This document shows, one piece after another, positions 1-7,690 of a DNA stretch of 64,000 nt (position 1 is its first letter; the number at the start of each line of letters is the position of its first letter). The position numbers were made by a program, and so were the translations under genes. This DNA is from Nitrososphaerales archaeon. GTDB taxonomy: Archaea; Thermoproteota; Nitrososphaeria; Nitrososphaerales; Gagatemarchaeaceae. The notes under the pieces are model-generated. The model saw nothing but the letters and a program-made list of their open reading frames with translations. It searched no databases and was not told the origin of the DNA. The stretch is from contig DATLRR010000017.1 of assembly GCA_035534595.1 (NCBI GenBank), positions 24,172 to 88,171 on the forward strand, in the 5' to 3' direction.

Positions 1-822
1 GGCGGGTGCGGCTGGGTAGAACGGGACTTCGTGGCGCCTCGCAAGGACGGCCACCTGGTATGTCCCGATCTTGTTGAAGACGTAGCCGTCTTTCGTGATA
101 CGGTCGGCACCCACGATCGCAAGGTCGACCTTCCCCGACTGCATCATCGACCCGACGGCGGTGTCTGAGATTATCGTGCAGCTGAACCCGTCCCTGGAGA
201 GCTCGAACGCGGTGAGCCTCGAGCCCTGGAGGGCCGGCCTCGTCTCCGGCACTATGACCTTGACGCACTTCCCCTGCTCGCTCGCGGCCCTCACCACCCC
301 CAGTGCGGTCCCGTAGCCGACCGTCGCCAGGGCTCCGGCGTTGCACTGTGTGATGACCGTGTCCCCGTCCTCGATGAGGTCAGCCCCGAACCTTCCCAGC
401 CTCTTGCACGCGGCGACGTCCTCCTCGGCCATCCGGACGACCTCCTTGACCAGTGCCTCTTTGGCACCCTCGACGTCCTTCGAGCGGGCGGCCACCTCCA
501 TCACCCTGTCTATGCCCCAGAAGAGGTTCACCGCCGTCGGCCTCGTCGCTCTGAGCCCTGAAGCCGCCCTCTCGAGCTCGAGCAGGAGCGAGCCCATGCT
601 CCTGGCCTGCGAGTTGACCGCGGTGGCTGCTATCCCCATGGCGGCGGCGACCCCGATCGCGGGGGCCCCCCGGACGACAAGCCGCCTTATCGCGTCGGCT
701 ACGTCCTCCCACCCCGAGTAGGACCGATAGAGGAGACGCCCCGGGAGGAGCGTCTGGTCGATCATCTTGACCCGTCCCTCGGCCCACATGACCGTGCGTA
801 GCGAGAAGAAGTTCTCCTTCAA
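1..822 (-). CDS. eIF-2B alpha/beta/delta-family isomerase (methylthioribose-1-phosphate or ribose-1,5-bisphosphate isomerase); the C-terminus runs off the window start
   Basis: My reverse-strand translation reads LRTVMWAEGRVKMIDQTLLPGRLLYRSYSGWEDVADAIRRLVVRGAPAIGVAAAMGIA...TRPTAVNLFWGIDRV. The frame is open to base 1, so it is absent from the ORF track. Start is TTG 822 or ATG 789. Confidence 0.85.
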   Translation of the reverse strand, partial: MKENFFSLRTVMWAEGRVKMIDQTLLPGRLLYRSYSGWEDVADAIRRLVVRGAPAIGVAAAMGIAATAVNSQARSMGSLLLELERAASGLRATRPTAVNLFWGIDRVMEVAARSKDVEGAKEALVKEVVRMAEEDVAACKRLGRFGADLIEDGDTVITQCNAGALATVGYGTALGVVRAASEQGKCVKVIVPETRPALQGSRLTAFELSRDGFSCTIISDTAVGSMMQSGKVDLAIVGADRITKDGYVFNKIGTYQVAVLARRHEVPFYPAAPA

Positions 823-954
823 GAGTAGCCGTGAGGGGCCGGCGAGTTCTAAAGCCTTTGTCTATTAAGCGTCTGCGAGCCTCTTCCACGGGCTTTGGCA
901 ATCGGGAGGGGAGCTGGGCGCAGTTGACGACGGACAAGGCGCTGAGCGTCAACA

Positions 955-1187
955 TGAGGACCGCAATACTCTTGCTCGAGTTCTTCGTCGTCGCAATAGT
1001 CCTCGTCTTCCTTGTGACTGCGTCGAAAGGCGCTTTCCGGACGCAGGCCCTTTCTGTAGCGCTTATCCTCCAAACAGTCGCCCTCAGCTTGCTTCATCGA
1101 CTATTGCAAGGAGAGGAAGGCGTGAGCTGCGAGGGGGGGGGCCTCGGTCTTGGGCGTCTTCGGGGTCGCCCTTCGGGTGGTGGTTAG
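955..1187 (+). CDS. hypothetical small membrane protein (two hydrophobic helices)
   Basis: ATG at 955 opens MRTAILLLEFFVVAIVLVFLVTAS...ALSVALILQTVALSLL. It competes with antisense ORF 849..1097, and the plus frame has better GC3. The tail crosses a G9 run (1133..1141). Confidence 0.3.
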
Positions 1188-1361
1188 CCCCCAGCCCAAA
1201 CTCTAGGTGGGCGGAGGGCTGCCGCTGGAGGTAACCGTCGTCTGCAAAGTGCTGGGCACCCTCGTCGCGCTGAAGAACTTCGAACCCGCTCTGGAATTGA
1301 GAGCCATTCGCGCTTAGTCCTTGAAACCCTTATTATGACTCGGCGGACTCGCGGATTGTAG

Positions 1362-1937
1362 TTGGAGATCCAGGAGCGAGAAGGAAAGTCGCAAGAGCCT
1401 CAGCAGGCGCACGATCCCATCCTCGGCAAGGTCGACAAGAGCGGGGCCGTGGTGGTGGAACAGGGCGAGAGGTTCGGGGAGCTCGAGGAGGCGGGCTATG
1501 GCGAGCGGCAGGGCAAGGGCATCAGGCTAAAGGGCTTCGAGGCCATCTACCTCCTCTATTCGGCGAAGATGAGGCTGAAGGATTGGAAGGGGAAGGATGT
1601 CACGTTCGAGGAGTTCGCGAAGGCCGACCAGGCCAGGGTCAAGGATTCGTGGACCAAGTTCATCATCTACAGGGACCTCAGGAGCAGGGGCTACGTGGTC
1701 AAGGACGGCTTCGGCTTCGGGACCGACCTCAGGGTGTATGAAAGAGGGGACTTTCCCGCCAAGGCGGCCAAGTTCGTGATCTTCGCACTCGACGAGGGGA
1801 CCGAGAAGAGCCTGGGCGACCTCAGGGACTCTGTGAAGCAGATCGTCAGGATGGGGAAGGAGGCGATCGTCGCGGTCATAGAGCGCAGGGGGGAGGTCAT
1901 CTACTACAGGGTGACCAAGGCGACCTTCCGCAAGTAG
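1362..1937 (+). CDS. endA: tRNA-splicing (intron) endonuclease homolog
   Basis: The motif YRDLRSRGYVVKDGFGFGTDLRVY and the N-domain LKGFEAIYLLYSAKMRL are present. TTG start. No alignable catalytic His (see findings). Confidence 0.8.
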   Translation: MEIQEREGKSQEPQQAHDPILGKVDKSGAVVVEQGERFGELEEAGYGERQGKGIRLKGFEAIYLLYSAKMRLKDWKGKDVTFEEFAKADQARVKDSWTKFIIYRDLRSRGYVVKDGFGFGTDLRVYERGDFPAKAAKFVIFALDEGTEKSLGDLRDSVKQIVRMGKEAIVAVIERRGEVIYYRVTKATFRK

Positions 1938-1958
1938 GGGCACTCTGGCGCAGCGACC

Positions 1959-2804
1959 TTGAACCTCCGGGCTTCGATCGCGATACTCAGGCCCGTCAAC
2001 TGCGCGATGATCGGCTTCGCCGTCATCATCGGGTACTTCGTATCAAGGCCCGCGGCGGCCTCCCCGCCGGCGATAGCCCTGGGGTTCGTCACGGGCTTTG
2101 CGATCTGCGCTTTCTCGATGGTGGTCAACGACTACTACGACATCGAGGTGGACAGGGTGAACCAGCCCACGAGGCCGCTCCCCAGCGGACAGGTCTCGAG
2201 GAACGGCGCGGTCGGGATCGCCGTCTTCATGCTGGTGGTGGGATTCGCGGCGGCGGCCCTGCTTCTCGACCTCGAGGCGGTCCTGATAGTGGCCCTCTAC
2301 TCTTTCCTCGCCTGGCTCTACGACTTCCGGGCCAAGAAGTACGGCGTCGCCGGCAACCTGATAGTCGCGTCGTCCCTGGCGATACCCTTCATCTACGGCG
2401 GGGCCATCTCCGGAGGGCGCGTCCTCGACTCGCTCCTCCTGTTCATGGCCTCGACGTCGTTCCTTGCGGGGGTGGGCAGGGAGGTGGTCAAGGCGATGGC
2501 GGACGTCCCTGGGGACCAGAAGAGGGGGGTGCGGTCGTACGCTAGCGTCCACGGCATGCGGGCCGCCTCGCTGCTGGGGGCAGCGTTCTTCCTCGCGGCG
2601 GTGGTGACGAGCGTCCTGCCGCTCTTGCTCATCTCGGTCAACGTCTTCTACAAGTTCGGCGTAGTGCTTCCTGACATCGCGTTCGTCTATCTCGCATACA
2701 GGATAGTGACCCACGCCGACATCAAGGGGGCGCTCTCAGTGAAGAAGACCGCCTTGTTGGGGATGTTGGTGGGGCTCATCGTCTTCATCGGGGGGGCGTT
2801 CTAG
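1959..2804 (+). CDS. UbiA-family prenyltransferase, likely digeranylgeranylglyceryl phosphate synthase
   Basis: Polytopic membrane ORF carrying NDYYDIEVDRVNQPTRPLPSG (the Asp-rich motif of UbiA). TTG start. Confidence 0.8.
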   Translation: MNLRASIAILRPVNCAMIGFAVIIGYFVSRPAAASPPAIALGFVTGFAICAFSMVVNDYYDIEVDRVNQPTRPLPSGQVSRNGAVGIAVFMLVVGFAAAALLLDLEAVLIVALYSFLAWLYDFRAKKYGVAGNLIVASSLAIPFIYGGAISGGRVLDSLLLFMASTSFLAGVGREVVKAMADVPGDQKRGVRSYASVHGMRAASLLGAAFFLAAVVTSVLPLLLISVNVFYKFGVVLPDIAFVYLAYRIVTHADIKGALSVKKTALLGMLVGLIVFIGGAF

Positions 2805-2808
2805 GAAG

Positions 2809-4026
2809 ATGTGGTCCGAAAAGTACCGGCCCAAGGCAATCGATAGGCTCATCGGGAACGAGGAGTCGCGGCTCGTCCTCAGCGCGTGGCTCTCCAAATG
2901 GAAGCCCGGGGCGAAGGCCGCGCTCTTGATGGGGCCTCCGGGCACCGGTAAGACCACGTTCGTGAACCTTCTGGCAAAGGAGAACGGGATGAACCTGGTG
3001 GACCTCAACGCGAGCGACGTGAGGACGAAGGACATGCTGAGGAAGCGCATGGGCGAGGTGATGGGCACCGTCAGCCTCTTCGGCGAGCGGTCGTTGATAT
3101 TCCTCGACGAGGTCGACGGACTGGCCGGGAGGGCGGACTACGGCGCGGTCGAGTTCATCAAGGAATCAGTGAAGGAGAGCCAGAACCCCATCGTGATGGC
3201 GGCGAACGACCCGGACTCCGACGAGATCAAGAAGCTGTCCAGCTCCTGCCTTGCGGTGCGGTTCAGGCCGCCGCCGCCGAGGGAGGTAGAGATGTATCTC
3301 AGGGAGGTCGCTCGAGGCGAGGGCCTGGCCGTCGGCGAGGAGGAGCTCCGGCGATACGTGCGCGAGTCGGCGGGCGACGTCAGGCAGGCGATCAATCTGC
3401 TCCAGGGCAGCCAGCAGCGATCGCAGGGAGGGGACGGCGACAGCCGAGGACGATACAAGGACACCGACCGCACTGTCAGCGAGGCTTTCAACGGGTTCTT
3501 CGGGGCGGCGGACAAGGAGGAGGCGCTGGCCTCCCTCCGGGCCGTCTCGATGTCCCCGTTCGAGAAGGTCAGGGAGATGCACAGGAGCGTCGTGAAGTCA
3601 GGGCTGCCGGCGCCGGAGCTGGCGAGGGCGCTTCAGACCGTCTCGAGCGCGGACCTTCTCATAGGGAGGATGATGAAGTCGGGCGAGTGGCGGATGCTGC
3701 GCTACCTCGACAGGCTCTTCGTCGAGGGGCTCTTCCCCTTGGTCAAGGGCAGGGGAGTGAAGTACACGGGGCAGGACGACCTTCCGTTCCCAGTCCTGGT
3801 GCGCGTCTGGAACGACTCGAAGAAAATCCGCGAGATCTCAGTGAAGTACGCGGCGAAGGCCCACACCAGCGGGATGAGCGCGCGCTCCCAGGACCTCCCC
3901 TACGTCTTTGCGCTCTGCTCGAAGAAGCAGTTCAGGGAGGGGATGGAGCGCGCCCTGGGCCTAGACGCCGACCCGGACGTCCTGGAGTCCTACGACAAGT
4001 TCCTCCAGAAGGAGGCGGCGAGGTAG
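2809..4026 (+). CDS. rfcL: replication factor C large subunit
   Basis: N-terminus MWSEKYRPKAIDRLIGNEE, Walker [10 protein letters not shown], Walker B FLDEVDGL. Confidence 0.9.
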   Translation: MWSEKYRPKAIDRLIGNEESRLVLSAWLSKWKPGAKAALLMGPPGTGKTTFVNLLAKENGMNLVDLNASDVRTKDMLRKRMGEVMGTVSLFGERSLIFLDEVDGLAGRADYGAVEFIKESVKESQNPIVMAANDPDSDEIKKLSSSCLAVRFRPPPPREVEMYLREVARGEGLAVGEEELRRYVRESAGDVRQAINLLQGSQQRSQGGDGDSRGRYKDTDRTVSEAFNGFFGAADKEEALASLRAVSMSPFEKVREMHRSVVKSGLPAPELARALQTVSSADLLIGRMMKSGEWRMLRYLDRLFVEGLFPLVKGRGVKYTGQDDLPFPVLVRVWNDSKKIREISVKYAAKAHTSGMSARSQDLPYVFALCSKKQFREGMERALGLDADPDVLESYDKFLQKEAAR

Positions 4027-4382
4027 TGGCGAAGAAGAGGATACTGGTGGGAGGGTGGTTCGACCTTCCCAGGGTGGGAAGGGACGTCTTCTCCGCGCTG
4101 ATGAAGCAGGGGGTCGTCTATGACAAGGCGATGGGCTTCAAGCTCGACTCGGGGACAGACCTGCAGGCTGCGGTCAGGACGGTGCGCGCCGCCGCCGGAG
4201 AGGAGGTGGAGCTCACCCTCAGGTGCTTCGTATGCGGAAAGGAATCGTGCCCAGGGTGCCCCTATCTGTCGTCGTGCGACAGGACGAGAGTCTCGACGCT
4301 CTGCCTCTGCGCTGACCACGCCCCGGAGAAGTCGGTCTTCGATGCGTACTCGGAGACCTTCGACGTCCATCTGAAGGCCTGA
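4026..4382 (+). CDS. hypothetical Cys-rich protein, translationally coupled to rfcL
   Basis: GTG 4026 overlaps the rfcL TAG by 1 nt. The product (V)AKKRILVGGWFDL... ends in CFVCGKESCPGCPYLSSCDRTRVSTLCLCADH. It is the 3' part of track ORF 3687..4382. Confidence 0.5.
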   Translation: MAKKRILVGGWFDLPRVGRDVFSALMKQGVVYDKAMGFKLDSGTDLQAAVRTVRAAAGEEVELTLRCFVCGKESCPGCPYLSSCDRTRVSTLCLCADHAPEKSVFDAYSETFDVHLKA

Positions 4383-4402
4383 GCGGCGGGGCTTCCTTCC
4401 CT

Positions 4403-4738
4403 CTAACTGAACGCCCTGGCCACCGCCTGGCCGGACGACCCGGACGAGATGGACCTCCACTCCGAGAGGAAGCGGCCCACCGCGTTAGTGTAGGGGTTCG
4501 AGTGGTTGACCTTGAAGATCCTTATCCTGTTGAACCTCTTCTCGGTCAGGAGGCCGAGCTCGACCAGGAGCTCCAGGTGGACCTCCACCGAAGAGTGGGA
4601 TATCCCCGACCGGCGCGTGATCTCGGAGATGTTGAGCTCGTTGCTCTCCATCATTATGCCCATTATCTTCACCCGCCCGTACGAGGAGAAGAGCTCCTCG
4701 ACCTGCGGCGCCTTTCTTGCTGCCATCGTGCTGGTCAC
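4403..4738 (-). CDS. ArsR-like winged-helix transcriptional regulator
   Basis: Contains NISEITRRSGISHSSVEVHLELLVELGLL (HTH). Its GTG start overlaps the orc1/cdc6 TGA (GTGA); an alternative ATG lies at 4726. Confidence 0.7.
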   Translation of the reverse strand: MTSTMAARKAPQVEELFSSYGRVKIMGIMMESNELNISEITRRSGISHSSVEVHLELLVELGLLTEKRFNRIRIFKVNHSNPYTNAVGRFLSEWRSISSGSSGQAVARAFS

Positions 4739-6960
4739 TGCGCTTCTTTGTGTAGTTCTTCGATCAGATGCTCGGCCGAGACCCTCGAGAGCCCTATCAT
4801 CGTGGTCCTCCCCCTGAATCCCTTGCCCGAGAGCTGCGCCTCGATGATCCCCTTCCTCGCGAGCTCGTTGATGTCATTCCAGACTTGGGTGTGATGGTTC
4901 GGGGCTATGCCCATCGACTCGCACAGGGCGTTGTAGCTCTTCTCCACCTCCCCGATGGTCGCGGACGCGGAGTCGCTCTTCTTGAGCATGCCCGAGATGG
5001 CCATCAGCATGACGCGCTGGTGCCTGTCGAGATAGACCAGCTCCTCCTTCCTGAACTCCGGGGGCACGCCTTCCTTCGCGAGCCTCACGTGCTCCGGCAT
5101 CACCTTGCCCGAGTCGGTCGCCTCCGCCTTCTTGCCTGCCCTGTAGATCAGCTCGATGGCGTACCGCGCGTCGCCGTAGACGCTGGCTATCTCGGCGGCC
5201 ATCTGGAGCGACTCGTCGTCGATGCACCCCTCGCGGAATGCCAGCTGGCTCCTATAGAGCAGTATGTCATAGAGCTGTTCGGCGGAGTACGGGTCGAGCG
5301 ATATCGCGTTCCGCTGCAGCGAGCTGAGCGTGCTCAGGTCGACCATCTTCACGTAGTCCAGCGTCTTCGAGATCAGGAGAGAGGAGAAGGCCTGGGTGTC
5401 CGGCGATATCTCCCGGATCCTGGTTATCGTGTAGAGCGAGGAAGGGTCGGACTCGACGAGGGAGTCGGCCTCGTCGAACGCGACCACCATGTGCACCCTG
5501 TCCCTCCTCAGCTCCTCGAAGAGCGCCTGCAGCAGCTCCTCGAAGCTGAGCCCCCTCGACGGGTAGACGTGCCCGAGGCTCCGGAGCGCCTTGTTGAATA
5601 TCGCCACCAGCGACCTGTCGATCCTGCAGTTCACGTGGAGGAACTTGACGCGGTTGCCGTAGCCCGCAGCCTTCTTCTCCAGCGCCACGCCGAGCTTCTT
5701 CGCGAGCATGGTCTTCCCGGAGTTGTGCGTTATCGTGAAATCATCCAGGAGATACCGCTGGTCGGCATCGACCCTGAAACCGAAGTATTCTTCCCCCTCC
5801 CTGAGGGGTTCTAGCGTGAAGGCCGTCCTTAGAACGCTCTTTTTCTGTCTCCTTGGCGCCGCCTGTTTTCTCCTAACCCTAGTAGGAATTTTAGACACTT
5901 CACCCGAGATTCCTACTCGCCAATACAACCCCTCATGACCAAATTGGTCGTGAGAATATTTCTTCCGCAGGTAAGCGTAGAACCCAAGGCTTCTTGCTAC
6001 AAACGCTACATCCTCCGCGAGCTGTTTTGATTCCGACACGTAGTCGTAGCATCCGTTTTCCAGATGGCCGTCAGTGTCCAGTATTCCAGCTAGAACTTCG
6101 AGGCGCGTACTTCTAGATCCGAATTTGTACTGGGGTGGAATGAATTTTGATTCACCCGTTTTCTTGTAGAGCCCTAGCGCTATCAAATCCCTAGCTAGCC
6201 CGTTTCGTAGGGTTTGTCCACCCGTCCTCCCCGGTGTCAGGTAATGTTCTTGGGCTTGTCCTGCCGGATATTGGTGTATTTTCAGTAAGTATTTTTCAGC
6301 TTGGCCATTTACGACGGTAACGATTTCTGGGTCGGCCGAAGTGTAGGTGTTCAGGCCATTGGCACTACTTCCGTCTCCCAGATACACGCTGAGAAAGTAG
6401 GGGTCAATTGGTCCCATCGGTATCTGAGGGAAGTCCACCCCAGTCCTCAGCAACTTGTAAAGCCCTTTAGGCCCGATACGCCATTTTGCCGCCTTTAGCA
6501 ACTCGCTTACTCTGATGTCTTTGATTATCCCTTCGGTGTCTTCGCATGGTTTCCGTGGATGTTTCTTCAAGCGCGTTTGTATGATTGTCAGAATGTGGTC
6601 TTCTGAGACCACAAACGGCTTTCCTTTGGTCGGTCGGATTTTGACCATCTTTCCAAAGCCGTGTACCGTCTCGAGCACTCTTCTCGGGGCGCTATCCGGG
6701 CCCATCAGCGTGTCTCCTTCCTTAACATCTTCAACACGTTTGAACGACCCGTCGAACATCAAAACTAGCTGTCCTTTACGATGGCACCCCACGGGCCCGT
6801 GCAGCAGCACGTTCTGGCTGACACTCTGGGGGCGCTCGGCCACGCCCTGGAAGTAGGCTTCCAGCTCCCTCATCTGGACCCCCCTGTGCGGGGTCGTCGC
6901 AGGGACGTATTCCGGGACGAGCACGCTCTCGTTCTTGAAGAGAGAGTGATGGGAGCTCAT
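4735..6960 (-). CDS. cdc6: Orc1/Cdc6 replication initiator interrupted by a 355-aa intein
   Basis: The Walker A motif is split, LLHGPVG|C...THN|SGKTML. After excision the protein is 386 aa, with AAA+ and C-terminal wHTH regions (VAFDEADSL, LTTIGEV...). Confidence 0.9.
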   Translation of the reverse strand: MSSHHSLFKNESVLVPEYVPATTPHRGVQMRELEAYFQGVAERPQSVSQNVLLHGPVGCHRKGQLVLMFDGSFKRVEDVKEGDTLMGPDSAPRRVLETVHGFGKMVKIRPTKGKPFVVSEDHILTIIQTRLKKHPRKPCEDTEGIIKDIRVSELLKAAKWRIGPKGLYKLLRTGVDFPQIPMGPIDPYFLSVYLGDGSSANGLNTYTSADPEIVTVVNGQAEKYLLKIHQYPAGQAQEHYLTPGRTGGQTLRNGLARDLIALGLYKKTGESKFIPPQYKFGSRSTRLEVLAGILDTDGHLENGCYDYVSESKQLAEDVAFVARSLGFYAYLRKKYSHDQFGHEGLYWRVGISGEVSKIPTRVRRKQAAPRRQKKSVLRTAFTLEPLREGEEYFGFRVDADQRYLLDDFTITHNSGKTMLAKKLGVALEKKAAGYGNRVKFLHVNCRIDRSLVAIFNKALRSLGHVYPSRGLSFEELLQALFEELRRDRVHMVVAFDEADSLVESDPSSLYTITRIREISPDTQAFSSLLISKTLDYVKMVDLSTLSSLQRNAISLDPYSAEQLYDILLYRSQLAFREGCIDDESLQMAAEIASVYGDARYAIELIYRAGKKAEATDSGKVMPEHVRLAKEGVPPEFRKEELVYLDRHQRVMLMAISGMLKKSDSASATIGEVEKSYNALCESMGIAPNHHTQVWNDINELARKGIIEAQLSGKGFRGRTTMIGLSRVSAEHLIEELHKEAQ
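5722..6786 (-). mobile_element. intein with LAGLIDADG homing-endonuclease domain (in-frame within orc1/cdc6)
   Basis: Cys1 is encoded at 6786..6784 and the terminal HN at 5727..5722, followed by the +1 Ser. Motifs present: SEDHILT, LSVYLGDGSS and LAGILDTDGH. The insert is visibly AT-richer than the exteins. Confidence 0.85.
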
Positions 6961-6964
6961 CGCA

Positions 6965-6979
6965 GAAGAAAATTTCTTC
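6965..6979. promoter_or_regulatory. 15-nt perfect palindrome GAAGAAAATTTCTTC between the TATA-like box and the orc1/cdc6 ATG
   Basis: A TATA-like TTATATAC (minus strand, 6994..6987) lies about 26 nt upstream of ATG 6960. The palindrome covers the expected transcription start. Confidence 0.3.
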
Positions 6980-7076
6980 GCTCTTTGTATATAACCATAC
7001 TTGGGGGAGAGTAGAGTGAAAGTATTCGCCGATGCTTCTTTAAGGAAACGAAGGTCAGCCAGCTGAAAGCGCGTTG

Positions 7077-7640
7077 ATGTTCCCTTCCCCGATGCAGTAC
7101 GGGCAGAAGAGCTCGATGCTCGTCACATATTCCCTGATGGCCGCGAACGTCGCAGTCTACGTCGTGCTCCAGGTCGGGGGCGCCCCGCTCTACTCGACGC
7201 TGGCGCAGACGGGCAGCTCCTTCTTCGGGGGAGAGTACTGGCAGGTCTTCACGGCGATGTTCGTGCACTTCGACGTCTTCCACATCGGCTTCAACATGAT
7301 CGCGCTCTACTACTTCGGGAGGCTGAACGAGATATCCTACTCGAGGGGGGAGTACCTCGCGATCTACTTCGGGGCAGGGCTCCTGGGGGACGCGGTCTCC
7401 CTCTTCCTGATCCCGCTCGACGTCCAGACAGGCGGGGCCTCCGGGGCGATCTTCGGGCTGATAGGGTCTTACGCCGCGAGGAACCGCAGCGCCGTCAACA
7501 TAGCGCTCGCGCTCGTCTACGCGGCCTTCATCTTCATCGAGAGCTCGGGGCCCGGCGTCAACATCTACGCCCACCTCTTCGGGATAGTCGGGGGGTTCGC
7601 GCTCGGCCTCATCTTCACCCGCCTGCGCCCTCCGGAGTGA
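7077..7640 (+). CDS. rhomboid-family intramembrane serine protease
   Basis: GGASGAIFGLIG (GxSG) and the later AHLFGIVGG His, in a multi-TM protein. TTG 7074 is an alternative start. Confidence 0.85.
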   Translation: MFPSPMQYGQKSSMLVTYSLMAANVAVYVVLQVGGAPLYSTLAQTGSSFFGGEYWQVFTAMFVHFDVFHIGFNMIALYYFGRLNEISYSRGEYLAIYFGAGLLGDAVSLFLIPLDVQTGGASGAIFGLIGSYAARNRSAVNIALALVYAAFIFIESSGPGVNIYAHLFGIVGGFALGLIFTRLRPPE

Positions 7641-7690
7641 GGGCGGCGGACGGTATCTCGTATAAGGGGGCGGTCCGGCGGGACGGACGC

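Noticed and set aside
380-955. Long ORFs antisense to or out of frame with recognised genes. Examples: 380..955(-), 2043..2714(-), 12011..13474(+), 24352..25587(-), 24429..25715(+), 43034..43831(-), 49623..50717(-), 54173..54805(-), 63146..63949(-).
   Set aside because: Their translations are Arg/Pro/Gly/Asp-rich with no motifs. They overlap ORFs with clear family signatures. They are the typical shadow ORFs of GC-rich DNA.
849-1097. 82-aa charged ORF on the minus strand.
   Set aside because: It overlaps the plus-strand two-TM ORF (955..1187), which has better third-position GC and a plausible product. Neither can be settled from sequence alone.
1133-1141. G9 homopolymer as a phase-variation tract.
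   Set aside because: It lies in the tail of a low-confidence ORF with no recognisable gene to switch. I note it only as another error-prone homopolymer.
1188-1361. Possible tRNA or structured ncRNA between the small membrane ORF and endA (it contains CTTCGAACC and GC-rich stems).
   Set aside because: I could not fold a cloverleaf. The T-loop-like TTCGAA has no complementary 5-bp stems on either strand, and there is no acceptor pairing.
6961-7073. Replication origin adjacent to orc1/cdc6.
   Set aside because: The region is only 113 bp, with one palindrome and promoter-like AT boxes. I found no repeated ORB/mini-ORB elements flanking an unwinding element.
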